From Paracoccaceae bacterium (GTDB lineage: Bacteria > Pseudomonadota > Alphaproteobacteria > Rhodobacterales > Rhodobacteraceae): a DNA stretch of 64,000 bases. Below are positions 20,662 to 30,474 of the stretch, one piece after another. Where the stretch lies: NCBI GenBank assembly GCA_018607905.1, contig JABBAP010000005.1:94699-158698 (forward strand). The letters run 5' to 3'. A program made the position numbers and the translations under genes. The notes under the pieces are model-generated. The model did not search any database. It saw only the letters and a list, made by a program, of their open reading frames with translations, and was not told the origin of the DNA. The first letter of the stretch is position 1, and each line of letters opens with the position of its first letter.

Positions 20662-21447
20662 ATGTCCACATTAATCGTTATTCCCGCGCGTTACGCATCC
20701 ACGCGGTACCCTGGTAAACCGCTGGTCGAATTGCGCGGTGTAACGGGCGAGGCGAAAAGCTTGATCCGCCGCAGCTGGGATGCTGCGATGAAGGTTGAAG
20801 GTGTTGATCGTGTGGTTGTCGCCACAGACGATGATCGTATCAAAGATGCAGCCGAGGCATTTGGCGCAGAGGTGGTGATGACATCTGAGACTTGTCGCAA
20901 TGGCACCGAACGCTGCGCGGATGTGATTGAGCGTTTGGATGAAACCTATGACGTCGTTGCGAACCTGCAGGGCGATGCGCCCCTGACGCCGCCTTGGTTT
21001 GTGGAAAAGCTGGTTGAGGGATTGAACAACGCGCCCGATGCCCATGTTGCGACGCCGATGTTGCTGTGCTCAAAAGAGGCGCTTTCCAGTTTCAAAGAAG
21101 ATCGCAAAAATGATCGGGTCGGCGGCACGACTGTTGTTTATGACAACAAGAAGCGCGCGCTGTATTTTTCCAAAGAAGTCATACCCTTCGCGCCCGATCT
21201 GGATGTGCCTGTGTATCACCATGTTGGGGTTTACGCGTATCGGCCAGCATCACTGCGCGATTATGCGGCGTTGCCTGAGGGGTTTCTTGAAAAACAAGAA
21301 GGCTTGGAGCAGTTGCGGTTCATGGAAAACGGATTGCACGTTCAATGCGTCGAAGTCGAAAACCCAGGGCAGGAATTTTGGGAATTGAACAACCCAGAAG
21401 ATGTGCCGCGTGTCGAGAAAATCCTGGTTCAGTTAGGGCTTGAATGA
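20662..21447 (+). CDS. kdsB: 3-deoxy-manno-octulosonate cytidylyltransferase (CMP-Kdo synthetase)
   Basis: 'VIPARYASTRYPGKPL' N-terminus. 261 aa. Confidence 0.9.
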   Translation: MSTLIVIPARYASTRYPGKPLVELRGVTGEAKSLIRRSWDAAMKVEGVDRVVVATDDDRIKDAAEAFGAEVVMTSETCRNGTERCADVIERLDETYDVVANLQGDAPLTPPWFVEKLVEGLNNAPDAHVATPMLLCSKEALSSFKEDRKNDRVGGTTVVYDNKKRALYFSKEVIPFAPDLDVPVYHHVGVYAYRPASLRDYAALPEGFLEKQEGLEQLRFMENGLHVQCVEVENPGQEFWELNNPEDVPRVEKILVQLGLE

Positions 21448-22739
21448 GCGATTTGCCAACCGTCAGTTTGGTTATCGTTAGCCGAAAACGGCAAACGTCT
21501 TTGCGGCGTACACTTTCGGCGCTGCGCTTTCAAAGTTATGAAAATTTCGAAGTTATTGTCGTGTCTGACGCAAAAGACGGTTTGTTTTTTGCGGATTTGC
21601 CGTTTTCTCAAAACATCTGTCATTTGCAATTCGATGAACCCAATATCTCCGCTGCCCGAAATATCGGGATTGCTGCGGCGCATGGTCAGATCGTTGCATT
21701 TTGTGACGATGATGCGGTTCCTGACCCGTGTTGGCTGGAGCGCCTGATTGCGCCGTTTCAAGATTTGAGAGTTGGGAGTGCAGGTGGGTATGTGCGCGGA
21801 CGCAACGGGATTGAATTTCAATGGCGTGCGCTGTTGTGTGACGATCGCGGGGATGATCACCAGTTAGAAATAGATGAAACGGTACCGTTTTGCGTTGTGA
21901 AATATGATGGTGTTCGTTTCGCCAAACTACAGGGTACAAATTGTGCGTTTCGCAAAGATGCGCTGGAGCAAGTTGGTGGGTTTGATGAGGGGTATCGATT
22001 TTTCCTTGATGAAACCGACCTGTGTTTGCGGTTAGCCAAGGCGGGATATCACAGCGCGTTTGTGCCGTTTGCGCAGGTACATCATGGGTTTGCAGCGAGT
22101 GAGCAACGATCTGATGCGCGGGTTCCAAAAACTCTGTTTGATTTAGGGGCGAGTAAGAAGCGGTTTTTAACAAATCATGCAGACGAGGTGGATCACGCGC
22201 GATCTGCGACGGAATTTGTGCAAAACCAGCACGCGCGGCTTGTTCAGATGATGGTGGATGGGCGTGTTGAGCCGAGGGACGTGAAACGCTTGCTTGAAAC
22301 TTTGCAGGATGGGTTTGATGCGCCTTTGACGGGCGATAAACCGTTGCAAAATGCGGTTCCAGAACGTGGGTTTGTGCCGTTTGGGCATTTTGCGCCCGCG
22401 TCTTACAAAGTGTTCGGTGGCAGCACCCTGTCGCGCCAAAAACTGTTGGGCAAAGCGATGGTGGAGGCGAAAAGGAACCACCCCGTGGTTGTAATGCTTT
22501 TTTCGATCACCAGCTTGTTTCACAGACGTGACTATGATGTCCGTGGTTTTTGGGTGCAATCGGGGGGTATTTTTGGTAAATCGAACAGGTTGGATCCAAT
22601 TTTTCGCACAACGAACCTGCGAGATCGGATCAAATCAGAGTTTGAGCGCCTTCGAGTAATCTTCCCGGGGACAGAATTGTGGATCGTTAAAATGTTCGGC
22701 AATTTTGTCTTAGAAAAGACAAAAAGTGACGATAGCTGA
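21444..22739 (+). CDS. family 2 glycosyltransferase with a C-terminal extension
   Basis: 'VSLVIVSRKR...', 'AARNIGIAAAHGQIVAFCDDDAVP' (DxD region). ATGA overlap with kdsB. Confidence 0.75.
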   Translation: MSDLPTVSLVIVSRKRQTSLRRTLSALRFQSYENFEVIVVSDAKDGLFFADLPFSQNICHLQFDEPNISAARNIGIAAAHGQIVAFCDDDAVPDPCWLERLIAPFQDLRVGSAGGYVRGRNGIEFQWRALLCDDRGDDHQLEIDETVPFCVVKYDGVRFAKLQGTNCAFRKDALEQVGGFDEGYRFFLDETDLCLRLAKAGYHSAFVPFAQVHHGFAASEQRSDARVPKTLFDLGASKKRFLTNHADEVDHARSATEFVQNQHARLVQMMVDGRVEPRDVKRLLETLQDGFDAPLTGDKPLQNAVPERGFVPFGHFAPASYKVFGGSTLSRQKLLGKAMVEAKRNHPVVVMLFSITSLFHRRDYDVRGFWVQSGGIFGKSNRLDPIFRTTNLRDRIKSEFERLRVIFPGTELWIVKMFGNFVLEKTKSDDS

Positions 22740-22807
22740 TTAACCATTGCCTGCGATGGTAGTTCGTAACGCAGTAATGATGAAAAGTTGTTAACAAGGG
22801 GTACACA

Positions 22808-23701
22808 ATGAAACAACGAGTAACAAAAGCAATTTTTCCTGTTGCAGGATTGGGAACACGGTTCCTTCCGGCGACAAAAAGCATTCCGAAAGAAATTCTC
22901 TGTTTGGTCGACAAACCGCTGATTCAATATGCAATTGATGAGGCGCGTGAGGCAGGCATTGAGGAATTTATTTTCGTCACATCGCGTGGCAAAGGCGCGT
23001 TGGAAGATTATTTCGATGGGGCTCCGCAACTAGAGCAATCATTAAAAGCAAAAGGCAAAGACGATCTTTTGGACGTATTGATGAAATCGACAATGGACAG
23101 TGGTGAAATTGCTTATGTTCGCCAACGCGAAGCATTGGGGTTGGGCCATGCCGTTTGGTGCGCCCGTCGATTGATCGCAGATGAACCGTTTGCGGTTATC
23201 CTGACAGACGATGTGATTGAAGCGGAGCAACCTGTTTTGAAACAGATGGTCGAAGCGCATGAACAAACTGGCGGCAACATGGTTGCGGCTATGGAAGTGG
23301 CGCCAAGCAAAGCGTCTGCTTATGGTTTGTTGGATATCAAAGAAGATATGGGTTCATTGGTGTCCGTCAAAGGCATGGTTGAAAAACCAAAGCCCGAAGA
23401 TGCGCCATCAAATTTGGCAGTGATTGGCCGCTATATTTTGACGCCGCAAATCCTTAAGAATTTAGAAACACAAGAGCGTGGTGCAGGTGGTGAAATTCAG
23501 CTGACAGATGCAATCGCGAAAGAGATCACAACCTCGGACAATGTTTATGGGTTCCGGTTCCAAGGTACACGGTATGACTGCGGATCTAAGGCGGGTTTCT
23601 TACAGGCGACGGTGGCCTTTGGTTTGGCCCGCGGTGATTTGTGTGACGAGTTCCGCGATTTCCTGATTGAGACGTTAGAATGTCGCCGCGCTGCGCAGTA
23701 A
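22808..23701 (+). CDS. galU: UTP-glucose-1-phosphate uridylyltransferase GalU
   Basis: '[22 protein letters not shown]' signature. 297 aa. Confidence 0.9.
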   Translation: [297 protein letters not shown]

Positions 23702-23725
23702 AAGCGTTGCGATTTAGAGATTTAG

Positions 23726-23755
23726 GCCGAGGCACTGAGCGCCTCGGCTTTGCTG
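23726..23755 (+). terminator. intrinsic terminator after galU
   Basis: GCCGAGGC / GCCTCGGC 8-bp stem with a 7-nt loop, followed by TTTGCTG. Confidence 0.6.
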
Positions 23756-23771
23756 CATTCAAAACTTCGAT

Positions 23772-24977
23772 ATGACGAGGTATCTTATTGATATAACTCG
23801 ATTTATCTCCCGTATTGGGCGGGGGAAGCCGACTGGTATCGACCGTGTTGAAATTGCGTATATTTCAGAATTATCAAGACGTGATCCCGATTGTTTGGCT
23901 GTTGCGAAAATGGGTAAGGATTTTGTGCTGGTTCGTGGGCAAGATGCTGGTCGAGCGATAGCTGTGTTAGGTGCGGGTCGTACTTTGGGGCGTGATGGGC
24001 TGAAGGATTTTTACCGTCTGAAATTACCCAAGGCCCAACGGCAGGCGCGGCAGTATTTTCGATCTGTCGCTCTTGGGTCTTCTCAGACCGTGGGCTCGCT
24101 TTTCGCGGCGTACCCAATGGACGGTGTTGAGTATGTAAATGTGGGCCACAGTAACTTGGCAGATGATTTCTTATCCGCAATCTCGAATGCTGGATGCACG
24201 CGGCTATCGGTTATGATCCACGATATGATCCCGCTGGATTTTCCTGAGTTCACGAAGACCGGTATCTCCGAGCAATTTCAGGCGCGGATGCAAAGTGTTT
24301 CACGTTATGCGGATCGTGTGATTTGCAATTCCGCAGACACCGAAGCGCGGGTAAAACACTATTTTTCGAAATGGCATTCTGACGTTGAAACTGTCGTTGC
24401 GCATTTGGGGGTGGAGGAAATGAAAGCGGACCACCAACCTCTTTTGAGCGCGCCCTATTTCGTGTGTTTGGGAACGATTGAGCCCCGTAAAAACCACGCT
24501 GTGTTGTTCAAGGTTTGGGAAAAGTTGGCGGCGGAATTGCCATCAGAAAAGATGCCAAAATTGCATGTTATCGGACGGCGCGGGTGGAACAATGAAGACG
24601 TGTTCGAATTTCTGGATACCTCGCCTTTGGTCGGTACCCACATTTTTGAATATTCGGATTTGGGTGATAATGAGCTGGCCAAAGAAATCTCCCAATGCGC
24701 CGGGCTGGTGTTCCCAAGTTTTGCAGAAGGCTATGGTTTGCCTGCGCTAGAAGCGGCTCAAATGGGCGTGCCTGTGATCTGTTCAAATTTGCCTGTGTTC
24801 CGCGAGATTTTGGGCAATTACGCCACATTTTTAGATGCGTCAGATGCAGATGCCTGGGCTGAAATCGTTCGATCTGTTGCAAAAATGACGAATAAATCGC
24901 CCGAGGAGGGCGGTTGGGCACCCGACCCCTGCATTGTGCCGCGTTGGGAATCACATTTCTGCCATGTTTTTTCATGA
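23772..24977 (+). CDS. GT4-type (GT-B fold) glycosyltransferase
   Basis: C-terminal 'FPSFAEGYGLPALEAAQMGVPVI' E-x7-E motif. 401 aa. Confidence 0.75.
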   Translation: MTRYLIDITRFISRIGRGKPTGIDRVEIAYISELSRRDPDCLAVAKMGKDFVLVRGQDAGRAIAVLGAGRTLGRDGLKDFYRLKLPKAQRQARQYFRSVALGSSQTVGSLFAAYPMDGVEYVNVGHSNLADDFLSAISNAGCTRLSVMIHDMIPLDFPEFTKTGISEQFQARMQSVSRYADRVICNSADTEARVKHYFSKWHSDVETVVAHLGVEEMKADHQPLLSAPYFVCLGTIEPRKNHAVLFKVWEKLAAELPSEKMPKLHVIGRRGWNNEDVFEFLDTSPLVGTHIFEYSDLGDNELAKEISQCAGLVFPSFAEGYGLPALEAAQMGVPVICSNLPVFREILGNYATFLDASDADAWAEIVRSVAKMTNKSPEEGGWAPDPCIVPRWESHFCHVFS

Positions 24978-25016
24978 TACTGAGACAAGGCAGGGGTTTC
25001 ACGAGTAGTAAGGCAT

Positions 25017-26027
25017 ATGGGTCTTTGGAGTCAGTATAAATTACGGATTGAACGCAAGCGACGGCGCGTGCGGTCTTTGCGTAAGCGGCGAGAGCTGACC
25101 AACGTTGTTGATCGAACACGCCAAATTCAGCCTTCTGACATTCTTATTTTTTCCACGCTTCGGAACGAAAAGGCGCGGTTGCCGTATTTTCTGGATTACT
25201 ATCGCAAGCTGGGTGTGAACCATTTTTTCTTTGTCGATAACGACAGTTCGGATGGCAGTCGGGAATATTTGCAAGAACAATCAGACACATCAGTTTGGAC
25301 GACTACCGCGTCTTATAAGCGATCAAAGTTTGGTGTGGATTGGCTAAACGGACTGAAAGCGAAATACGCAGATGGTCATTGGGTTTTGGTGGTCGATGTT
25401 GATGAATTGCTGGTTTATCCGTTTTGCGATACGCGCCCGTTGCGTGCGCTGACAGATTGGCTTGATGCGGGGTCGATAAAATCATTTGGAACGATGTTGT
25501 TGGACATGTATCCAAAGGGCAAAATCCAACATGCCCGTATCCGAGAGGGTAAGGACCCTGTTAAAACTGCACCGTTCTTTGACGCCTCGAATTACTTTAT
25601 CGAAAAGAACAACAAATACGGAAATCTTTGGATTCAGGGCGGCCCAAGGTTGCGATCATTCTTTCGCGATAGACCACAATTTGCACCTGCTTTGAACAAA
25701 ACGCCTTTGGTGAAATGGTCCAAAGAATACGTTTATGTGAGCTCGACGCACACGTTGCTGCCGCGTGGACTGAACCTTGTTTACGACGAGTGGGGCGGGC
25801 AAAAACCATGCGGTGTTTTATTGCACACCAAGTTTATGAACACCTTTTCGGAAAAAGCCGAAGAAGAAATGGCACGCAAACAGCATTATGCGGCAAGCCG
25901 TGAATATCGCACGTACCTAAAGCAACTAAATGGTGATTTGTTGCTGTGGAATGAACAATCGAGCGAATATCAAGATTGGCGCCAATTAGAAGACCTCGGT
26001 TTGATGGCACGCGGGAATTGGGCGTGA
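25017..26027 (+). CDS. glycosyltransferase family 2-like protein (Glyco_tranf_2_4-like)
   Basis: 'ILIFSTLRNEKARLPYFLDYYRKLGVNHFFFVDNDSSDGS' resembles the GT-A N-terminal half. The family call is tentative. Confidence 0.55.
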   Translation: MGLWSQYKLRIERKRRRVRSLRKRRELTNVVDRTRQIQPSDILIFSTLRNEKARLPYFLDYYRKLGVNHFFFVDNDSSDGSREYLQEQSDTSVWTTTASYKRSKFGVDWLNGLKAKYADGHWVLVVDVDELLVYPFCDTRPLRALTDWLDAGSIKSFGTMLLDMYPKGKIQHARIREGKDPVKTAPFFDASNYFIEKNNKYGNLWIQGGPRLRSFFRDRPQFAPALNKTPLVKWSKEYVYVSSTHTLLPRGLNLVYDEWGGQKPCGVLLHTKFMNTFSEKAEEEMARKQHYAASREYRTYLKQLNGDLLLWNEQSSEYQDWRQLEDLGLMARGNWA

Positions 26028-26029
26028 GC

Positions 26030-27727
26030 ATGCGTTTGGGGTTTGTCATCTTGGCGCATACCGATCTTCACCGTGTCGAAGAGCTTGTTCAGCATCTTTC
26101 ATCAGAGGGCTGCGCCACTGCGGTGCACATTGACAAAAAGGTGCCATCCGTCGAATTTGATCGTTTCAAACAGGCTGTCGCACATACTGACTCGGTCGTT
26201 TTATCGAAACGGACTGCATGCGAGTGGGGCGAGTTTTCATTGGTGAAGGCGACGTTGGATGCGTCAGCGGAACTATTGGAAACCTTCGCTGATGTTAGCC
26301 ATGTTTCGTTGATCAGCGGATCGTGCCTACCGATTAGGCCCGTTCGCCAGATGAAACGATTTTTGAAGCGCAATGCTGGAACGGATTATATTGAATCTGT
26401 ATCGGTAAAGAACAATTACTGGGTGAAAGATGGCCTGAACGAGGAGCGATTTACGTTCTATTTCCCGTTTTCATGGCGAAAGCAGCGCCGCTCGTTTGAT
26501 CGTTGGGTGAACGTCCAGCGGTGGGCAAAGATTAAACGCAAGATTCCGCAACCTTTGGTGCCTCATATTGGCTCCCAATGGTGGTGTTTAACCGCAAAGA
26601 CGTTGCGCGCGATTATCAATGATCCAAAGCGGCCTTATTACGATGCGTATTTCAGTTGGTCATGGATCCCTGATGAGAGTTATTTTTAAACGCTCGCGCG
26701 CCTTCATTCGGATTCTATTGAATCGCGTTCGCTGACGTTCTCTAAGTTTGATTATCTTGGAAAACCGTTTGTTTTCTACGACGATCATCTAAAGCAATTG
26801 ACCCTGTCTGATTGCTTTTGGGCGCGTAAAATTTGGGCAGGAGCAGAAAAGCTCTATTCGAATTTGTTAAGCGAAAACCGGGCAAATCAGCCGATGTCGG
26901 GCGCTGATCCCAAGGCGTTTGATGCGCAATTTGAGCAGGCGGATCTGGCACGCTGCGAAGGTGGGCAAGGCCGTTTTCATCAGGGCCGTTTTCCGTATGA
27001 CAAATCGAGACGTACCGGCGTTTCAAGCGCGCCGTTTACTGTTTTTGTCGGCTTTAAGGGATTGTATCAAACCTTTCCTGAGTGGCTCGAACAGAATACC
27101 CGCGGCGTCCAGTACGGCAATGTTTTTGCGCGAAAACAGGTTGGTAATTTTGATGCAGAAACCCACTTTGCCGGCAATTTGCCAGCCGAGACGAAAATTC
27201 GAAATCGAAATCCAAAATCGTATCTTGCGAATTTATTGTGGGGTCATGGCGATCAGCATCAAAGCTTGATGTACGATTTTCGGGACAACCCACGGATCCT
27301 TGCTACCTTAGCGCACGACGCAATGGCGCATGTGGTTATCATTCGTCATTCTTGGCTAATGGAGCTGGTGAATAAGCCGTCTTCGTTCGCGAGCCAGTTG
27401 GCAAATGCCAAACGGCTCCAGCGGCTTGAGCGGCGGTTTTTGGCAGAGTTTGCGAAGGAAACGTCGAACTCGAAGTTGGTTGTTGTTGCCTTAGAAAATG
27501 CGTTGGCGAATCCAGCGCAGGCCCTTCACTCAGCGATTGAACACATGCCACGCAAAACGCAAAGTTCCTTGAGTGTGATACCCGACCGGAACAACGCCGA
27601 AAAATTGGATAATCTGGTGCGTAAACTGCGCAATAATGGTTTGAAAATCGACTATGAACCGCCGATGCGGCCAAAAGAAAATAAAAAGCAGGACACGGTT
27701 TTTGAAAAACCGTATGTGGTGAAATAG
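26030..27727 (+). pseudogene. GT14 (core-2/I-branching type) glycosyltransferase with a long C-terminal domain, interrupted by one in-frame TAA at 26687-26689
   Basis: ORFs 26030-26689 and 26690/26798-27727 share one frame. The translation reads straight through the stop: ...WIPDESYF*TLARLHS...CFWARKIW. The stop sits where GT14 homologues have Gln (DExxFQT), upstream of the conserved FARKF-like motif. Confidence 0.6.
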
Positions 27728-29182
27728 ATGGCTAGCAATTTTAAATACTTTGTTCTTTTGGGAAATATGCGGACAGGCTCAAACCTGTTTGAGCAAAACA
27801 TCCAACTGTTCGAGTCCTTTTCAAGCCATGGCGAGCTGTTTAATCCGCATTTTATTGGGTTTCTAAACCAGCACGAAGCCTTTGGCGTGACGATGCAGGA
27901 TCGTGAGATAAAACCGCAACGGTTGTTGAACCGGATGACGTCCAAGGAAAAAGACACTTTGCCAGGGTTTCGATTATTCTCGGATCATGATCCGCGCGTG
28001 TTGGAACATTGCTTGAATGATCCTGAATGCGCCAAAATTGTTCTGACGCGCAATCCGCTTGATAGCTTTGTGTCCCATGCAATTGCCAAGGCGACGGACC
28101 AGTGGAAGTTGACCGACGTTAGCAAGCGCAAGAAAGCAAAAGTTGTTTTTGATTTCCTTGAGTTCAAAGCGTACCTCACGCGATTGCAGGCTTTTCTGGG
28201 CGAGATTAAGTTCACGTTGCAAAAGAATGGTCAAACTGCATTCCCTTTGGCGTTTGATGATCTGAACAATCTGGATGTTTATAATGGGCTGGCGAAATTC
28301 CTTGGGAGCGAGGAAGAGCTGAAGCAGCTTGGCGATAAAATCGTACGTCAAAACCCAGAAGGGTTGCGCGAAAAAGTTGAAAACTACGATGAGATGATTG
28401 AGCAGGTGAAGATGCTGGATCTACTTGGCTCGGATGTGGTCCCTGTTATGGAGCCGGTCCGTAACCCTGGCTCGAAGAATTTTGTGGCTGGTTCAAATGC
28501 GCCACTGTTGTTCTTGCCGATGCAAAAAGGCGATTTTCCTGAAATTGAATCGTGGGTGCGCGCGCATCAATCGGGGGACGCACAGCTTAGCAAAGGTATG
28601 AACCAAAAGCAGCTGAATGAATGGCTGTCGGCGCATCCTGCGCGCAAATCTTTCACGGTTTTGCGCCATCCGCTAGAACGTGCCTACGGCGCATTCTATA
28701 AGCACATCTTTTGTTCGGGCGATGATTTGTTTCCGTGGATTCGAACCGCGCTGGAAAATAATTACGGTATGGAATTGCCGAGTGTTACTGTGACAGAGGA
28801 ACCAAACCGAACTGTTTTGGAGAATTCTGGATATGGCGCGAAAGAACACCAGAGGGCATTTTTGATCTTTTTGGGGTTCTTAAAGGGAAATTTACAGGGG
28901 CAAACCCGTGCGCGTGTGGATCAATCCTGGGCTTCGCAAAACTCTATTCTTCAGGGGTATTGCCGTTTGGTATTTCCAGATGTGATCATTCGTCACGATA
29001 GTTTGGCGGCCGAGTTGAAACGGGTTGAGGATGATATGGGGCTTTCGAATGTCCCACTAGACACAGCTGAAGATGGCCATTGCTACACGTTAAAAGACAT
29101 TTACACACAGCAAATGAATGACCTGAGCCGCGATGTGTATGCGCGCGACTATGTCATGTATGGGTTTGAAAACTGGCGGTAG
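27728..29182 (+). CDS. two-domain sulfotransferase
   Basis: N-terminal half has the 5'-PSB loop 'MRTGSN' and the 3'-PB motif 'TRNPLDSFVSH'. C-terminal half has the Sulfotransfer_2-like 'FTVLRHPLERAYGAFY' after a degenerate 'FLPMQKGD' loop. The start abuts the previous stop (TAGATG). Confidence 0.7.
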   Translation: MASNFKYFVLLGNMRTGSNLFEQNIQLFESFSSHGELFNPHFIGFLNQHEAFGVTMQDREIKPQRLLNRMTSKEKDTLPGFRLFSDHDPRVLEHCLNDPECAKIVLTRNPLDSFVSHAIAKATDQWKLTDVSKRKKAKVVFDFLEFKAYLTRLQAFLGEIKFTLQKNGQTAFPLAFDDLNNLDVYNGLAKFLGSEEELKQLGDKIVRQNPEGLREKVENYDEMIEQVKMLDLLGSDVVPVMEPVRNPGSKNFVAGSNAPLLFLPMQKGDFPEIESWVRAHQSGDAQLSKGMNQKQLNEWLSAHPARKSFTVLRHPLERAYGAFYKHIFCSGDDLFPWIRTALENNYGMELPSVTVTEEPNRTVLENSGYGAKEHQRAFLIFLGFLKGNLQGQTRARVDQSWASQNSILQGYCRLVFPDVIIRHDSLAAELKRVEDDMGLSNVPLDTAEDGHCYTLKDIYTQQMNDLSRDVYARDYVMYGFENWR

Positions 29183-29183
29183 C

Positions 29184-29648
29184 TTAGGCTGCTTTGGAGG
29201 TTGTCAGTTCTGTCAGAATTGAAAACAGCGTTGCCGATTGGTTGTTCGCCCGCAGGGTTTTGCAATTTTCATCATTGCGCAAAGTGCGTGACACCATGGC
29301 AAGTGCTTTTAAATGCTCTGGGCTATCGTTTGCAGGTGCCAGTAGCGTAAAGATCAGATCAACTGGTTGGCGGTCCATGCTGTCAAAATTCACTGGTTTT
29401 TCGAGCCGATAAAAAAGACCGACGATTTTATCGAGCGATTCAAATCGCGCGTGGGGAATGGCAACACCACGGCCAACGCCCGTGGTGCCAAGATTTTCGC
29501 GCGCTTGCAGAGCGGAAAATATCTCATCTGCGTTCAAGCCATAGGCCGATTCAGCTTGTTCAGAGATATCTTGCAAAAGACGTTTCTTACTGGACGCACC
29601 CGCAGCAAAACGCACTGCGTTCGGGTCCAAAATTTCAGTCATTTCCAT
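29184..29648 (-). CDS. ptsN: PTS-Ntr EIIA protein PtsN
   Basis: 'TTGVGRGVAIPHAR' phospho-His region. Downstream of hpf. Confidence 0.85.
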   Translation of the reverse strand: MEMTEILDPNAVRFAAGASSKKRLLQDISEQAESAYGLNADEIFSALQARENLGTTGVGRGVAIPHARFESLDKIVGLFYRLEKPVNFDSMDRQPVDLIFTLLAPANDSPEHLKALAMVSRTLRNDENCKTLRANNQSATLFSILTELTTSKAA

Positions 29649-29674
29649 CTTATTTCCCAGCTCTACTCACCGGA

Positions 29675-30244
29675 TTACTCCGAGTCGATCCAACCGATGT
29701 TACCATCAGCCCGTTTGTAGACCACGTTTACTCTCTTTTGTGCTTCGTTTTGGAATACCAAAACGTTCTCGTTGGCGAGCTCCATTTGCATGACAGCTTC
29801 TCCTACGGACAAAGATTTAATCTTGGTCTGTGTTTCGGCTACGATGATGGGCTGCAACGTATCAGGTTCGCTCGCATCTTCGCCTACGTCTTCTTGAGCG
29901 AGGATATACGACGGAGCGCCGAAGGTTTCAACCGGTGTCGATCTGTGGGTGTGGTGATCTTTTAGTCGGCGTTTATATCTACGGAGTTGTTTTTCCATCT
30001 TTTCTCGACAAGCATCGAGGGATGCATAAATTTCAGATGCGTGAGCTTTGGCGTTAACCGTTAGCCCTGTGGATAAATGAACCGATGATTCGCAGACATA
30101 TTCATGCCTATCTTTGGAAAAAGTGATGAAGGCTTCGGTGGGGCGCTCTGCATATTTTGCGACCACATCGTCTAGTTCCTGCTTTACGTGAGTTTGCAAA
30201 GATTCGCCGATATCGAGATGTTTTCCGCTGATTTGGTAACGCAT
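29675..30244 (-). CDS. hpf: ribosome hibernation promoting factor (long HPF)
   Basis: 189 aa with the S30AE N-domain 'MRYQISGKHLDIGESLQTHV' and a C-terminal dimerisation domain. Confidence 0.9.
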   Translation of the reverse strand: MRYQISGKHLDIGESLQTHVKQELDDVVAKYAERPTEAFITFSKDRHEYVCESSVHLSTGLTVNAKAHASEIYASLDACREKMEKQLRRYKRRLKDHHTHRSTPVETFGAPSYILAQEDVGEDASEPDTLQPIIVAETQTKIKSLSVGEAVMQMELANENVLVFQNEAQKRVNVVYKRADGNIGWIDSE

Positions 30245-30474
30245 TTAGGCTCCTTTCAAGAGTTTCAGAGCGTTGCTCTGTTGGATGGTATTCATCCATA
30301 GGTCTGCCCCCGTGCACTGTGCACAGCATGCAGCAATCAGACTGCTGAAAAGCGGCGGTTCTGATTACGTAACGTCAAAATTGAAGGGACGACCATTTGG
30401 AAATGTTAGTATGGCTGAGTTCATGTTGCAACTTTTTAGCTGCAAAATCTTAAAACTGTGAAAACCCGTGAAGG

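Noticed and set aside
30245-30474. Possible rpoN pseudogene or small gene in the lptB-hpf gap (62-aa ORF at 30273-30461).
   Set aside because: No frame shows RpoN-like sequence. The 62-aa ORF has no RBS or motifs. I treat the gap as a non-coding leader/promoter region.
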